A stretch of 37,391 nt of DNA from the IMG/VR virus record IMGVR_UViG_3300011335_000223, positions 1-37,391 of that record; one strand, given 5' to 3'. Origin of the DNA: a virus (taxonomy: Duplodnaviria; Caudoviricetes). Below the pieces are notes generated by a model that was given only the letters and a program-made list of their open reading frames with translations, did no database searches and was not told where the DNA came from. The stretch's first letter is position 1. Each line of letters opens with the position of its first letter. Positions 36,079 to 37,391 of the stretch are shown here, piece by piece. The translations under genes and the position numbers were made by a program.

Positions 36079-36135
36079 TTATCCACAGGTAAGGTATAAT
36101 TAGGGCTTTACTAGGGCAGAGATTGCAGCCATAGA
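36079..36135 (+). promoter_or_regulatory. Early promoter candidate 2 with upstream DnaA box
   Basis: TTATCCACA 36079-36087; TTTACT-N17-CATAGA; 36 of 38 bp identical to promoter 1 module. Confidence 0.7.
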
Positions 36136-36226
36136 TATGCCATAGCAAGTGCTAGCGACGCCGCTAGCGACGCAAGCCGGGCGGCGGATAAATGCCCGGC
36201 ACCACAATTCAATAAAGGATAATGCA

Positions 36227-36373
36227 ATGGCCGCCGAACGTAACAAGCCAAACGACTATCGCAACTGGTCGCTAGCCGCGCTTGACGCCGCTATCATGTA
36301 CGAAATTGAGAATTGCCGTTGCACGCAAGGACTAGATCACTTGCTAGCAGCACGCGGCAAACGCACGCGCTAA
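36227..36373 (+). CDS. Early hypothetical protein (48 aa)
   Basis: AAGGA RBS before ATG 36227. Confidence 0.65.
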   Translation: MAAERNKPNDYRNWSLAALDAAIMYEIENCRCTQGLDHLLAARGKRTR

Positions 36374-36440
36374 CCAACTATCGCCGCGCGGCAATCCTGC
36401 CGCGCGGCACAATCGACAATCAACTAAGGGACAATTCACA

Positions 36441-36665
36441 ATGGTACAATTCAACGGACACCGCTCGTGGAACGCTTGGAACGTTTCGCTCTGGCTTAAC
36501 AATGACGAGCCGCTATATCGCATGGCGCACTCTTTTGCGCGGCAATACGGCCTAGGCGTCGGCGCGGTTAAGCTGGCGCGCGCTTTGCAAAACGAGAAAA
36601 CGCCGGACGGCGCAATCTACAATCCTATGTCAATTCGCGAAGCAATGCGCGGCATTCTAGACTGA
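36441..36665 (+). CDS. Early conserved hypothetical protein (74 aa)
   Basis: NGHRSWNAWNVSLWLNNDE motif typical of a widespread phage early family; AAGGGA RBS. Confidence 0.8.
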   Translation: MVQFNGHRSWNAWNVSLWLNNDEPLYRMAHSFARQYGLGVGAVKLARALQNEKTPDGAIYNPMSIREAMRGILD

Positions 36666-36739
36666 CACTAACAGCCGCGCGGCCCTCGACGCTGCCGACG
36701 CCGCCCGCGCCGCAACCAAAGCAACAGGAGCATAAGACA

Positions 36740-36994
36740 ATGACACAAGATCGTTCATATTGGCGCGACCAGACCGACGCGCGCCTGATCGACGAGGCCA
36801 AGCACTATCCAAGCGCAGAACTGTGCATTGCACTGGGCGAACGCCTAAACGATACGCACGAAACTGATCGCTGGCACGACGAACTCAAAGAACGCTGCGA
36901 CTCGCAGCAAGCCGCAATCATCGTCATGCGCGCCGAGATCAAGGCGCTCGAAGACCAGATCGACGATATGATGGGAGCGACAGACAATGACTGA
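36740..36994 (+). CDS. Early hypothetical protein with C-terminal coiled coil (84 aa)
   Basis: AGGAG RBS. Confidence 0.78.
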   Translation: MTQDRSYWRDQTDARLIDEAKHYPSAELCIALGERLNDTHETDRWHDELKERCDSQQAAIIVMRAEIKALEDQIDDMMGATDND

Positions 36995-37298
36995 CCCAGC
37001 AACTGACGCAGCCCGCGACGCAGCCCACGACGTTGCCGACGATGCTTATGACGCAGCCCGCGACGCAGCCGACGCCGCTTACGCCGCCGCCATAGTTGCC
37101 GCCGACGCTGCTTACGCCGCCGCCGACGCTGCTTACGCCGCCGCTTACGCCGCCGCCGACGCTGCTTACGCCGCCGCTTACGCCGCCGCCAACGCCGCCG
37201 ACGCCGCCTACGACGACGCTTATGCCGCCCGCCGCGCCGCCGCCTACGCCGACGCCGCCGATGCCGCCAACACAACAGGAGCCACAGGCAATGATTGA
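36987..37298 (+). CDS. Ala/Asp/Tyr low-complexity repeat protein (103 aa)
   Basis: GGGAG RBS, overlaps both neighbours; tandem GCCGCCGACGCTGCTTAC units. Confidence 0.7.
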   Translation: MTDPATDAARDAAHDVADDAYDAARDAADAAYAAAIVAADAAYAAADAAYAAAYAAADAAYAAAYAAANAADAAYDDAYAARRAAAYADAADAANTTGATGND

Positions 37299-37391
37299 CC
37301 TAGACGCTGACCTCGAAGCTATCGAGCTACTGTATAAAGTAGACGACCTGCGCGCTGCACTGCGCGTCCTAGAACCGGCGCTGACTAAGGC

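Noticed and set aside
36805-37275. Protamine-like poly-Arg ORF on the minus strand
   Set aside because: Antisense shadow of GCC repeats; the plus-strand genes have the RBSs and coupling
37265-37391. Terminal repeat as a biological DTR or att site
   Set aside because: Exactly 127 bp and falls mid-gene, typical of a de Bruijn circular overlap

Overview
The window is a complete, circularly permuted tailed-phage genome of 37,264 bp; bases 1-127 recur at 37265-37391 as an assembly overlap. The virion is P22-like (podovirus): TerS, TerL, portal, scaffold, coat, gp4/gp10-like tail proteins and three ejection proteins, all on the minus strand (10.3-34.2 kb). The replication module is APSE-like: primase-SF3 helicase, PolA, putative SSB and a Cas4-like exonuclease, divergent from VRR-NUC and an SNF2 helicase. 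An early cluster of small plus-strand genes runs from 35.0 kb across the assembly junction to 1.4 kb. I see no integrase, tRNA, CRISPR array or reverse transcriptase. Promoter shapes hint at an alphaproteobacterial host (inference). The most unusual signal is regulatory. A 38-bp module with a perfect DnaA box precedes both early promoter candidates, a near-consensus CtrA box lies in an iteron-flanked AT-rich origin-like core, and the early cluster ends with a stand-alone DnaA-domain-IV-like gene. Together these suggest a possible host-cell-cycle-sensing circuit. All protein calls come from motif recognition and gene order, not database searches.
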